Source of the DNA: Toensbergia leucococca | Lineage: Eukaryota | NCBI GenBank assembly: GCA_022813965.1 | Contig: JALDZS010000007.1 | Coordinates: 186,001-250,000 of the forward strand | Direction: 5' to 3' | Length of the DNA stretch: 64,000 bases | Part shown: in pieces, positions 25,697-38,596 of the stretch | How the letters are laid out: each line of letters starts with the position of its first letter | How positions within the stretch are numbered: position 1 is the first letter of the stretch | Notes under the pieces: model-generated | Told to the model about the DNA's origin: nothing | What the model saw: the letters and a program-made list of their open reading frames with translations, nothing else | The model's database searches: none | Program-made: the position numbers and the translations under genes

Positions 25697-28145
25697 ATGC
25701 TGTCCAATCAGACTTCCGACCTTCGCTCACCGCAACACCGGCGCCAAAATTCGACACCCACGGCATTCAACGCCCCGAAGGTCCCTATTCTTCCTGCAAT
25801 CTATCCACCCATTGGATTACATCGACGAGGTCTCAGCTTAGATCGGCCGATATACCCCCAGCAACAACGACGACTATCCCCGCAGGAAGAAAGAACGATA
25901 AGCAATAACCAAGGATTAGAACAACAAATACAGCAACATGTTTTGCGAGAAGCGCAGCAGCAACGACTGGCTCGACCGGGCCTAGAAGAAGAGAAACAAC
26001 GTAATCGCTACCACAAAGACCAATCATATGAATTTCCGAGTACAGTTGAGACTACAACAAATCTGGAATTTGAACCTGGACCTCTCACCCATAATCATTA
26101 TATTAGTCAATCCCAAAATATCGTGAACATAAGCCAACCTGGATCGAGCGGGAACGCCAACGATGCAGAAGTAAGTTTCTTTCAATCATTCGATTCGACG
26201 ACACCCGCTGGATACCTTGATGGTTTCGGGTTAGGTCATAATGATGATGCTGGAAATGTCCCATATGACGAAGAGTCAAGAGGGAAAAACATGCGCGAAG
26301 GAGAAAGCATGTCAGAGAGAAGACCACCAAGGCTAGAGACTTGCGAAGAACCTCAGCGACCATGTACACCTCCCAACCAGAGTGGCATCAGTAAGTCTAA
26401 ATCCAATTCAGCATTGGAGTCCAACGTCACTAATGTCGAATTTTGACATAGGCTACTTGCCAATGACCCCTGCTGAAACTCCCTTTGCAAGGAATTCGAA
26501 AGCACAGCAAACGCCGTACAGCAGAGCAGTCCAGTCATCTCCCACTAGGAGAGTTCCATATGAGACGATCAAGGCCTCTCGGCCAGCGACCGTCATGCAG
26601 CGAAGTTCCTTTAGCCAAGATGGGTTTGAAGATATGATTCAGTCTTCTCGAAATTCCGGCTTGCTATCGCCACCTAGTTTGAGCCCATCAATGCAATCAA
26701 GGTCGTTCGATACCGCAGCGAGATCGCCGCCAAGTATCATAAATATGTCCGCTGTCAAAGCTGATTTCTCTTTAGGCGTTTCTGGAGACGAGTCTTCGCA
26801 TTGCTCTCCAATGTCCAATGCGCTGTCATCGTTCCAGTCGTCTCCAGAGGTAGCACACATGTCATTGTTTGCAGATATTGATGACATACCGGAATTAAAA
26901 CCATCTCAATCATATAGATTGCCGGCTTCATTTAGTGCTATGGATCTTGGAACATATCCTCCCTACAAGGAGACCTTGCAACCACGATCTCAATCCATCT
27001 CGGATCTTGATCTTGATGCATCAATGGATGCCTCGATCGAGGATACTGGCATCACTGTTGACGAGATAGCCGCATTCATTCAAGGACCCGACCCGAACGA
27101 TGGCAAATGGATATGTTTGTTTCCAGATTGCAGTAAGAAGTTTGGCAGAAAAGAGAACATTAAGTCCCACGTGCAAACGCATCTTGGTGATCGTCAATTC
27201 CGATGCAATCATTGCAACAAGTGCTTCGTACGTCAGCATGACTTGAAACGTCACTCGAAAATCCACAGCGGCGTCAAGCCATATCCATGTCCCTGTGGCA
27301 ACAGCTTCGCCCGGCATGATGCCTTGACAAGACATAGGCAACGTGGCATGTGTATTGGTGCCTTCGAAGGTACGCCTAAGAAAGCCATTAAACGAGGTAG
27401 ACCAAAGAAAAACCGGCCGGATACAGAAGATCGGCTTGACAAGGCAGCACGAACCAGACAAAGAGCTCTTGAGAAAGCTTATGCTTCTTCGTTATCTGGC
27501 TCTTCGGAATGTTCGTTTCCCAGTCCTCCACAAGATCCAGAAGATGTGGCATTCCGTGGCTTGAGCCCTTTCGAAAACACCCAATCCTTTGAGCCGGCGT
27601 CATATGGCAACTCGTCAGATATGTTTTCATACACTCCCCCTACCTCCCCAGGCTACAGCACTGGCAATTGCGTCTCACCTCGGCATTCGCAGCACTCATA
27701 TACCCCTAAAGCACTGAGTACCAGCCCCTCGCCAAAAATCACAAGTATTCCAGAGGAACCCGAAGAAGTGCTTGTCAGCCACACGTCACCTATAAGGAGT
27801 TCCACAAGCCAATATGGAACGCCGCCAGTATTGGACCTTTCCTCATCATCACCAGCAGCATCCAGGTTCTTCGACTTCGATAGCAGTTCCGAAGCTGGCC
27901 TCAACGCTAGCCAGGTAACGAACATCTGTCTTGATCAAGACTCTTCTAGCAGCTTCAAGATGTCAGACTTGGAACCTGATGTCGACCAGATGTTTTTTGA
28001 TTCCTTTGGCTCGGACAATTTCATGACAAGTCTGGAGAGAGATCCTACGCTCCTTATGGAGAAACTCGGCGAGGCGTTCTCTTCTGATGACCCGTGGTTG
28101 GACGACTTTTCTCAGAGTCCGAATCCATACTTTGGCAGCCCTTGA
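25697..28145 (+). CDS. ACE2: C2H2 zinc-finger transcription factor, Ace2/Swi5 family
   Basis: HRRQNSTP and HRRGLS N-terminal motifs; fingers CLFPDCSKKFGRKENIKSHVQTH, CNHCNKCFVRQHDLKRHSKIH, CPCGNSFARHDALTRHRQRGMC; intron 26391-26451. Confidence 0.88.
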
Positions 28146-29318
28146 AATGAGCAAATCACTGCAAGCTCTGACGTTGGCGTTGGTTATCAAAGGTGGCACT
28201 TGGGTTAGGAGGGTTGGTCAGGAGCGCTCAGGTAGTGGCGCTCGTAGTAAATGGGCTTCATGAAGCGTAGTAGCGTACATGATTTTTCAGTGCCTTTTCA
28301 GTGTCTGCTGCAAGCACACTTCCATTCTTTAAGTACGTTTTTGATGTTGCAGGATACTTCATATCATATTGCGCAGTATGTTGAACTACAAAGTGCAGTT
28401 GAAGACGGACTGTAAGACAGGACAGGCCGACTCCAACCAAATGCAACTCAATTTGATCTTAGCAGAGTTCATTAAACAAGCCCTCTCCAGGGAGTGCTGA
28501 GCTGACATGCTTTAAGAACGAAGGAATGATAGATAGTATTGCAGCGAAAGAAATGACAGACTTGGCAATGCCCCTGCCTTGGCTTAGGATCTGAAACGAG
28601 CACCAATCGCTGCGCATGATGGCGGCGGCGTGCTTTTACGATTATCAGCTGAAATCCTTACCTACCTATGCATAGAAGTGGCTTAGTCGCAGTAGTCATA
28701 CCGTAACAAACGAAGTTGGTCGACGATTTATCATCATTCACCACTTCAGTCAACGATGGATATCCGAAGATTCCGGATTGATCGCGCAATCATGAATAAT
28801 CCGGGATCCGGGCCTCGGACACAGGCGCGATGAGGTCATCAGCCGCTAAAATTGAACGAAGCCGGTTGAAATTACCTTTATCCGTAGTGAAATTGCATGT
28901 TGCTAACGCCGAACGGCTGAACCGTGGCTGTGACTGTGAGATTGCTTCTTGGCAACGCAACAGTACTCACTCCGCTGTCTACTGCGCTTTCCTCGCTCCC
29001 TTTCTCCTCCTGCAGTTGAATCTTTGCTCTTTCCGCCCTCACGTCTGTTGTTTGCGGCTATCCTAACCCTGTTCCCCCATCCCTCGTGCTTCAGTACGTA
29101 CCTACTTCATGTAACCTAGCCTTCAACATACTCGTTTTCACCCAACTAGGCCGCCGCACCCATTTGGAATTTGGACCATTTGCGCAAGCAATTTACCTGC
29201 ACTTGTCACAACTCTATCGAAGCCTAATCCTTACCATCTGCCATATTCCCTTGTGACACTCTTCTCAACGGTGCGTGCGCAAAGTGCCTTGAGCTTTACC
29301 TGCGTCAGCCTCTGGGCG

Positions 29319-30807
29319 ATGAAAACGTCCGCATTCTTTCCCTCACGGAAGGAACACCAAATCACCTTTTCCAAAGCAAAATTGCCCTTCTCATGGCCGC
29401 CATCCATACCAGTCCTCATTCCACACCGCCTGCGCCGGAAATTGAGGTCAAGGATACGCAGCAGACAGTCCCCGTCGTCTTCCTTTGCCTCCCTCCAGAC
29501 ATCCTATTCCCCCGCTGACACTCTTCGCTCCTTGCGGGCACACCGATGGTCATTTTACGACGGACAATACTTGGTGCTCACTATCATGGGCATATTCTCT
29601 CTTTCGATCAATGAATGGGCAGGTCCGATAGCCAAAACCCTTTTCTCGACCATATTACTCATCTCCCTAATCCTCCCAATTACCCGCCAATTCTTTCTCC
29701 CGTTTTTACCAATTGCAAGCTGGCTTGTATTCTTTTTCTCCTGCCGGTAAGAGTTCACTGTTCAGTCAACGTTATCTAGAGGTCCTAGCCAATGCGTGCT
29801 TCGGAACCCCCGGATTTTTTGGTCCATCTCCCCTATCAATTCATCTTTGCTGATTGTTGCTCTTCCAGATTCATACCTAGCGACTGGCGGCCCCCGATAT
29901 GGGTGCGGGTCCTTCCCGCGCTCGAAAATATCTTCTATGGTGCGAACCTCAGTAATATTATGTCTGCCCATAAAAGCACCGCTCTTGATATTCTGGCATG
30001 GCTGCCTTACGGCATTACACACTTCGGAGCACCGTTTGTCTGCTCCATCGTTATGTTCATCTTTGCCCCACCCGGGACCGTACCAATCTTCGCCCGGAGT
30101 TTCGGCTACATGAATATTGTAGGGGTTCTTTTACAACTGTCATTTCCGTGCTCCCCGCCTTGGTATGAAAATCTGTATGGGCTTGCGCCTGCAAACTACT
30201 CAATGGAAGGCTCGCCTGCTGGACTAGGTCGTATCGACAAGCTTTTCGGGGTGGATCTGTACACATCAAGCTTTACCGCATCTCCAATGGTGTTCGGTGC
30301 TTTCCCATCTTTACATGCCGGCTGTGCAACTATCGAAGCTCTTTTCATGAGTCATGTCTTCCCCCAGCTTCGACCAGTGTTCATTATGTATACGCTGTGG
30401 CTCTGGTGGGCAACCATGTACCTGTCCCATCATTATGCTGTGGATCTCGTTGGTGGAAGTCTACGTAAGTGCACACTCCGATTGACAGAAGCTCTAATAT
30501 TGTAGCTGACGTGGTTCTAGTTGCTGGAGTTGTGTTCTACATTGCAAAGGCCAAATTTCTTCCCCGGGTACAACGAGATAAGACATTTCGCTGGGATTAC
30601 GATTATGCTGAAACGGGCGACACTCAGTCAGAGTATGGCTACGCACTGGCCGATCTGAACGCAGAAACTCCTGCCGACAGCGACGAATGGACCGTGGGGT
30701 CTTCGTCTTCCATTTCCTCTGGATCGATAAGCCCAGTTGACGAAAGCCAGTCCATTTGGGAAGGAGAGACACTCGCTTCGCACTCGGACACCGAGGCTCA
30801 GCGATGA
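29319..30807 (+). CDS. AUR1: Inositol phosphorylceramide synthase (aureobasidin A target)
   Basis: WRPPIWVRVLPALENIFYGANLS, AWLPYGITHFGAPF, SPPWYE, FGAFPSLHAG, WATMYLSHHYAVDL; two introns. Confidence 0.96.
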
Positions 30808-31983
30808 CATGCAAGAATTTAATTTACACAGCTTCTCTCTCGATACTGTCACCATGCCGAATATTCCCCCATCACTACATAATGAATCTACGGCAACAAT
30901 ACTTCAACTTCCAATCCGCCTCGTTCTTGGAAAATTAGTTCCATTGTAATTCTAATCCGGCCGGCTTGCTCCCCCTCCGCGCGGTATATAGAAATCTGCT
31001 CGCTCGCTCGCTTTGCTTGCATAGTTCTAGATACCCTCGACTTTTTCCAGCGCCTGCTTTCGACATTCGCTTTACTTTTCTCTTTTTCGGCTCTTGTTTC
31101 CATGGTTCCAAGGTGTATATACGTACATTCGCTTTTACATACCCTACTCCGCGGCCCATTTGAGGGCTAGAGTTTGGCACTCGCTTGGTGATTTGTTTTG
31201 CGTGGGTTGCATAAAAGTAGCGCTGCATATGGGTGGTTCTCCTAGTCTACATAGGCGCAGTATGCTTTGGCCCTGGCATAGGTAGATGCTGGGTCGTAAT
31301 ATATTCTCATTATTTATCGGGGGTTGGTTGCGGTAGCGGGGAAGGAAGTGGTATTGAGTATTGGTAGAGATGGAGGCAGTCGTGCTGGAAGTGGCATGAC
31401 TCCGGCAGTGCCAGGGCAGAGGGCTCCTGAGTAGTGCCTACCAGGCAGCTTCGTTGTCAATAAAACGCATGACTTTACCATCTACTTTTGGGAACCGATG
31501 GCTGTGAAAGGTTATCGAGGCTGTACTTGACTTGGAAATTGATTTGCAGCTATTGAGATTTATCCACTTGAGTCAGCGATCCAATGGTCTCACGAGCAGT
31601 GAGAAGCGAAGAACGAAGGCTCAAGTCAATTCAATTTTGTTCGTCTCAATAGGTTTGAGGGCGCCGCATCCCGTGGTCATGATTCCCTATGCTCCCGACA
31701 GACGCCAGAAATGAGTAAATGTTGCTGTGAACATGTATTACGTGATTGATGCAAATGCCGAACAAATAGGAGAATTGACACTCCTTTGGATACCAGGTCT
31801 GGACGCCGTCATAGATCTGCTATGCCTCTCGACCCATGATAGAAGAAAAGAGACCATTTTTCAGCAGTCGTCAAGCTTCTATCGACCTTTGAGAGATAAC
31901 TAATCTAAACTATATCTTGGAAGTTCCGTTGAGAAGAGAGGCCGCGACAAAAATGCCAGCGCCATCATTTTCGAGAAAGGTCT

Positions 31984-33218
31984 TCAAGAGACTAGCTCAC
32001 CACCCAGCTCCATGCCAAGTCCAGACTCCTTACCCATTGGTCCGCGGCCAATGTTGCTGAGATTAGGGCTTCCGCCGGGAGGCAATAGAGTATCAAAATT
32101 CAGCCTTCTTCGAGCTTCCTTTGCAGCGAGTGGTGTCTTGGCGGGACCCGGCGTACGATTACCAAATACTCCCTGCGCTGGGCTCGGGGTTATGTTGACA
32201 AAGTCGGCAAAGTTGAATTGCTGTCCCGGGGTATTGAATCCCGCCATGAAACCACCTACGCCAGGTGTTGACATCATAGACGATGGTAAGGCTGCTGTAT
32301 TCGAAGGCGGAGTAGAAGGTGGGTATACTCTGGATTTGGTTGTATGATTGGCGGGAGAGGGTGACGTGGCGAGATAGAGAAGGAGATCGGCACCTTCTTC
32401 ACCGGCTGCGTTGCCTTTGCGATGGCGGGTAGAACGGGCCCGAGTAGGTGGTGGAGTGCGGGGTGGAGAGGAGTGCATAGTCGAGGATTTGATGCGGAAC
32501 GAATGTGCCGGGAGATGGTGATCATCGTCATCAGAGACATGGCCGAATGGCGGCGAGTTTGGAACAGTCGATGTCTCAGAGACGAAAGAAAGATTAGGCC
32601 CCTGACTGATGGAAAAATGCGAATGCTGGTTGTGGTAGACGGGTGAAGACTCTGGTAGGTTGTATGTGGTTTTCCATGAAGTTCGAGAGGACTCGAACAT
32701 AGGAGGAGCCATTGATCGCGCACGAGTCCGGTTCCGTGGGTCGTTATTAGACCCAAGATGAACGAATTTGGGCTGAGACGAGGGGTTCTTCCGAGGCCCC
32801 TGACCTTTCCCTGCGCCATGGATATTGGTGGAGAATAGATGAGGGGCAATTGGAGAGGAGTTTATAGCGGAGGAGTAATATGGAAGCTCGGAAGAAGTCG
32901 AGGAAGAATCGGACAATGTGGAGAGGCTGGAGCTTGGTCTCTTTCGTTTTAGAGTACTTTCGACATGGGCTTCGACGTAAGTGAAGCTCATGTCGTTGTA
33001 GCCATTTTGGGCTTTGTAACTAGCCAGGGCGAGACGGTCTTGAAGCTTCCTCGCAATCTTTGATGGGGGAAGATCAGTATGAAATAGTATTGGGGTGCAG
33101 CAGATGGCGAAGCCAGCAAGCCAGAGCTGAAGACACGATGTCTTACCTTAGCTACCTCAAGCCGGCGAAGGACTTTGCCTACGACCTCTTCCGGAGTATG
33201 CTGGCGAGCAGCCGCCAT
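31984..33218 (-). CDS. Whi5/Nrm1-like G1/S transcriptional repressor with Stb1-like motif
   Basis: Spliced EVAK|IARKLQDRLALASYKAQNG resembles the GTB motif; GADLLLYLATSPSP; many S/T-P sites. Confidence 0.75.
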
Positions 33219-34087
33219 GGTGTATACGGGGCTCGCTGATAAGAAGAGGAAATTGGTGGTCAGTACTATATGACAGGTACCATGTTAATGCTAAGGGATG
33301 CAGTTGTTAGGAACTTCGAGGGGAATTGGGTTGGAATTCAGGGGATTAGAAGGGTAATTGTTGGCATGGAGTGAGGTTGGGGAGAGGAGGGGGTATGTGG
33401 AAGCGAAGCTCAAGCTTGAGCCAAGGGAGACGCGCTTCGTGTTAGCTTCAACGTCGAGAAGCTGAACCATTGGCTCTAGTCTCTTTGCATGCATGCACAC
33501 AAGGTTTCATCCATTCCCTCTGCCTTTTTTTTCTCTCGGCATCCTGTTCCTGTTTCTGTTACACGCAGTCAATCGGAGTACCTCGGTAACGGACTTTATA
33601 TATTGTACTCGTGCTCTTTACGACAAGATGAATCTGTGATTAGATTAGATTGATGGACCTAGATTGATGGATTCTTTCACGCTGTCAAAATATTGTACTG
33701 CCATACGGATATTCCGAGAAGGATTCTATTCTAGGCTGAGTGCAGGCTGCAGCCAGATCTAGAATTACCTTGAACTAAATCAGTAAAGGCACTAGATACT
33801 ACAGTGCTCCGTAGCCCTTCCCAACCACCAACTGCAATCCTCGTCATCATCTTCACTCGTTGGCACTTTCATTTTTCCAGACTTCATGATAACAACATCC
33901 TAGTCAGCTTGTCACTGTCTTTGCCTTTTCGTTTGGAACCACCGCTTGCCGGCGCAAGCTTTCTCTCGCTCATCTACGCTGACTAGGAATTACTTGTCAT
34001 TAATTTTCTTATCACGCCTGTCGCAAAGCCCAACAGCGACTGTGGCTGACCGCGGACCAAGTCTTAGAAGAAGCATTGGCCGGTTCA

Positions 34088-36677
34088 ATGCCCTTTTTCA
34101 AGGACCTTCGGCGTCGTTCAAAAGCAAGTCCCCAGGCTGATCAATCGTCCAACGGCTCCAATGGCTCCAATGGCACCGATGTCACTACGCAGTCCTCATC
34201 CACGCTCGACTCAATGTATGGCACTTCGACCCCAGCATCCTCAATTCAGCCTCATGCCTCATCTCCAAACCTTGTAATCACCAAATCTACGAGTACAATA
34301 AGTCCGCCGCCCCAACGGCCAGTGGCTTCGACGTCATCGAGCAATAGATACAGCGTTGCGGTATGTTGATTTTGCTTTTGCTTTTGTGCTCTCTCGGATC
34401 AGCTTCGGATGTATAGCTTGGAACTTGAGCTGATCAATTTGAGTCAAGGGTATGAGCACAGCTTCTGTCAACGGAGCTTCAACCCAAAAGGTGCTAACCT
34501 CGCCTTTCGCACCGCGTATCTTGTCCGTGTCTGATAATTCCTGGGTATGAATAGAGCTTACCCTCAAACATACTTTATATTGCCCGCTAACACGGAAGCC
34601 AGGTACATCAAAAGATACTTCTAATATACGGTCAGATAGGGGATCCTTCGCAGCAAGCTTTTGATGGCAGCGTAACAGTCTGTCACCACCAAGACAGTTT
34701 TCCCCCAACTAATTGGCCGGTTTGCGACTCCCACTTCAAAGCATTAGTCCATCTCTCTCCGGGCCCTAACAAGATACGGTTCGACTTCACCTCCCCAAAG
34801 GTACAATCGAGCAATACGTCTATACCAGCACACTCTTCGTGGATGAACATCAACTTCCTACCATTAGTCAACTCTCCACCTCTCCAGCTTGTCATTCTAT
34901 TGGGAAGAGACTCTCCGGGTACCTTTGATGCTGTGCCGGAACGAATACAGAAAGAGGGCAACGGACTGGATACAGCGATACGAAAGTTCCGGATGGCAGC
35001 CTATCTGTGGCAGGCTTTTACTGGGGAGCAGATGTACCGGAATGGCTTTGGCAGGAGATGTTTTCGTTTTGAAGAGGAGTGGCAGACAGGTTCTCTTACC
35101 TACCGGGACAAGGAAATAGGACAAATGAGGAATGAAGCCAAGGTTCATGTAGTGAGGTCACACAAAACTGTGAAGGAGCTCAGAGATCTAGATGTAGCGC
35201 AACAGTACGACAAAGCATCGCGGAAGGGCGAACTTTTCACCATTGCAAAGGATGCCGTGCAAGACCATTTCAGGCCCATGCCAGGGCAGAAGCAGTACAT
35301 ATCGGTATTGCTACTTGATGCGCATTGGAATCCGACGGCCAAAATCATTACCGGCCATGCAGCCCTCGGCGGTGGCGCTGGTGAGATCCAGCTTGGTATC
35401 TTTGGCTCCCAAGCGTTGCAGAGCTATCCTGCGAGCATCGAAGAAGTAGTAGCTGCCTTTTCCGATTGCACGAGAACCAACACAAATTACGTCGCCAACG
35501 ACCTCAATGAGTCTGGAAGTAACTGGGAAGCAGCGAACATTGGAATAGGTGCCCATCTCCACGAGACTGGTCATCTGTTCGGCTGTCCTCACCAAGAATC
35601 CGGCATCATGCTTCGCGATTATGTACGCCTAAATCGCACGTTCCTTTGTCGAGAATCCTACTCGGTACGGACGAAATCACAAGGTCTTCGACTTTGCTTG
35701 CCCAAGGATGAGTGTAGTTGGCATCGACTCGATGCACTGCGATTCCGATATCATCCATGTTTTAAATTACCGACAGATATGCCGCTACATTCTGATGATA
35801 GTGTTCAAGTATGGGCCGTCGACAATGGGAAGGTCATGATCACTGCTGCTACAGGAATCGCATTCATAGAAATATTTACAAATGAAGACGATATCTGTCA
35901 TACATGGATCGAGTATATCAACGGCGATGCCAACATCTCTGGCGGCCCTCCTCGGCAAATTATGCTCACAGAAAGCGATTTAAAAGCTAGGCTACCTGAA
36001 GATAAAAGAAATAAGAAGATAAAATTGGATATTCATTCCGCAGGGCAAGGTAATCATATAGTGGAGAACTTTTCCCAACTGAAGTCCAAGGCTTCGGTGG
36101 TGAAGCTTCCTAATGGACAATTAGGCTTTAGGGGGAGTAAATTGGGCTTCTCCCAACAAGAAGGCAGCCGACCCGAAGAAGTGATCATTCAGAGTACATT
36201 TATACAGACGAAATTACTTACTTCGATCAAAATTTACCATGGATTTGCGTTAGATGGCCTAGAGTTCCTTTTCGAAGACTCCACGAGCCAATTGTTTGGC
36301 AAAAGAGGTGGCCAAGCTGGTGGAAGCGAGTTCTCGTTGGGTATGTTCTACCGAGGACTTCAGAGTCATCGTTTCACTTACTTTGGTTTAGATACTCGGC
36401 GAGGGGAATTACTAACGGGATTCTACTTACGGGCTGGGCTATGGATCGACGGAATAGAGATTTTGACAAGCTTGGGACGGCGCTCAGGCGTGTATGGAAA
36501 CGCAACGGCCGGATCTGGGTCAGTTTGCCCTTTTCGAGCGAGCATGTGTGGTGAGGTGAGAGGCTAACAACCGGTTTAAGTCATACATTGATACCGCCTC
36601 GGGGTTACAGTATTGCGGGCGTTTCGGGCTCGTGTGGGGCATGGGTGGATGGGTTCGCCCTCATCATCACACGATAA
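34088..36677 (+). CDS. Putative zinc metallopeptidase with C-terminal jacalin-like domain (YIL108W-like)
   Basis: HETGHLFGCPH fits HExxHxxGxxH; ITGHAALGG; GFYLRAGLWIDGIEILTSLGR jacalin-type motif; no signal peptide; introns reconstructed. Confidence 0.88.
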
Positions 36678-37503
36678 TCAATTGTTCAGCATTCACGGCA
36701 TCGGTTGATTTTTTTGGCCACTTGGGCAGATCATAGACTATATACATTTGAGCAGCATTTAGCGGCGTTTTGTTTAAGAGGTTCTTTTCTTGATAAATGG
36801 GAGCATCGAAGCGAATTGTGTTTGGCCAGAGTACTAGCTTTTAATAGGTATTGGTTATGCGCCTCGAGACGATTCATTCGGGCCGAGTCCTCGAGACTTC
36901 TGTCCTGGGGATTTTTCTTCTAGAGGCTTCTTGCATATAGCTTGTGGGATGTTTCATGTCTTTACCTGTTATTGGGGCGATATTCGATATAATCCATGAA
37001 TATGACGATGATGACGCAGGAAAGGACTGGGCACAGCATTGGATGCGTCCAGAAACAATAACCCCCTATCTCGCCACCCACTTTCAAGGCTTCGTTGCAC
37101 GCTGATTCTCTAGATTTGTGAAGTCGACGCGCGGCCTGTTAGATATTTGCCTCGGGCAGAATGCCCTCTCCCAGGAGCCGATTGCAAAACCACGGTTCAG
37201 ACCCAAGCGGCGTCTTCCACTGTTCCACATACCCCCTTTTCTGCATCCAAGGTCCCAGCCCCGTTTGACATGCTACACAATCTGCCCAGATAGTATTAAT
37301 AAGCACATTTGCAGCAGCGGCCTGGTTCCTAGCTAACCATTCAATTGTTAAAACCTCAACAGCTCCTTGAATTTTTCTCTTCAGCCTTTCTTAACATTTC
37401 TTTTTGTGGAAATACACATCTCGCACACAGCTCTTTTCTTTGGGCTATGTAACTTGATCATCACACACATACACCCGACTAGTTGGGGGAAATTCTAGAT
37501 TGG

Positions 37504-37508
<5 letters not shown>

Positions 37509-37541
<33 letters not shown>

Positions 37542-37558
37542 TGTGTCTGTGTCTGTGT
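37509..37558 (+). repeat. (GT)n microsatellite grading into (CTGTGT)n
   Basis: Read directly: about 16 GT units followed by three CTGTGT units. Confidence 0.95.
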
Positions 37559-38596
37559 ATATGTTTCATTTTTCCTGTCCTTAGATTTATAAGTAGAACT
37601 GTGGATTGGGAAATCACTTTGAGATTGGTTCGGGGCTGGCTGGAATATGGTTGGTTTGAGGGGTTTTCTTTTGTTTCTGGGAGTCTGGGGGGCAGTGAGT
37701 GTGTGAGGGAATGGTGGGGGGGGGAGGGGGGCAGGGATGGGAAGGATGGAATTGGAAAAGGAGGAGTGGAAAGGAGTGCATTCTTTTTCTCCTGGTGTAG
37801 AGCTTCGTTGAGAAGGGATATTTATTTTTGTGTGTTTGGTGGGGAATTGGGACGACGGAGCTCAGGGGGGCTGCAAGGTTGGTAACTCTTTCGTTGCTTT
37901 GAACGAGTACCTCATAATCGGAAGCGAATCAGTGTCGTCCTCTACAGTCATCGCAAATTGCTGGTTTTTGGGAGCTGCAATTTGTGATTGTTGGTGAAGA
38001 CGAAGGATTGCAGCTCAATTATTTAACGAATGAAATACACCCTCTTTTTCTTTGCTGACTTTGGTATTCAAGCCTTCGAGCTCAAGCCTTTCCTTTGTGG
38101 CGCATTTGCTGAAACAGGTCTCCTCAATCGCTTCTCTTCAGTTACAGCTCCTCGAGCACATGCTCTCAAGCACATCATCGAATACTTCTCCTCGAGCACT
38201 TCTCTCCTAAAGCACCAAGGAGAAGATGCTGTGCCCTTCCATGCCATTGCGGTTCCATCAATGCTAAGTTCCAAAGAAACATAAGTAGATGGCTTTGAAG
38301 CCGGCGCCGCCCTAATTCAAACATAACTCTTCTCTCCTCTAAACAGTAGACGCTTTGTGGTGAATCGAACCGATGTGACTAGAGATCATACCTTGGCACG
38401 ATTAGTAGATAGTTTCTGACTTGTGTGGGTCTCGAAGTTGAGTCATTTGGTGACGAGAAATCTGAATTATTGTCGTTGCATTCCGAACAAACTCCTAGAG
38501 TCGCAGAGCCGCAATTCACAGAGTCATCGCTGAGGATCTCTCGTTGGCTAAGAGGGATAAATGCAAACGTTGAGCCAAATTTTGCGTTAATCCGCA

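Noticed and set aside
22487..28145. Ace2-chitinase regulatory cluster
   Set aside because: The chitinase is bacterial-type GH18, not the Cts1 type targeted by yeast Ace2, and no clear CCAGC site cluster was seen upstream.
37008..37105. ATGATGA...CTGA spaced like a box C/D snoRNA
   Set aside because: No terminal stem and no rRNA complementarity I could recognise; needs snoscan/Infernal.
37511..37885. 124-aa ORF MCVCVCV...
   Set aside because: Product of the (GT)n repeat and G-rich low complexity; non-ATG start.
36678..38596. Telomerase RNA in the long intergenic gap
   Set aside because: No TAACCCTAA-type template seen on either strand.
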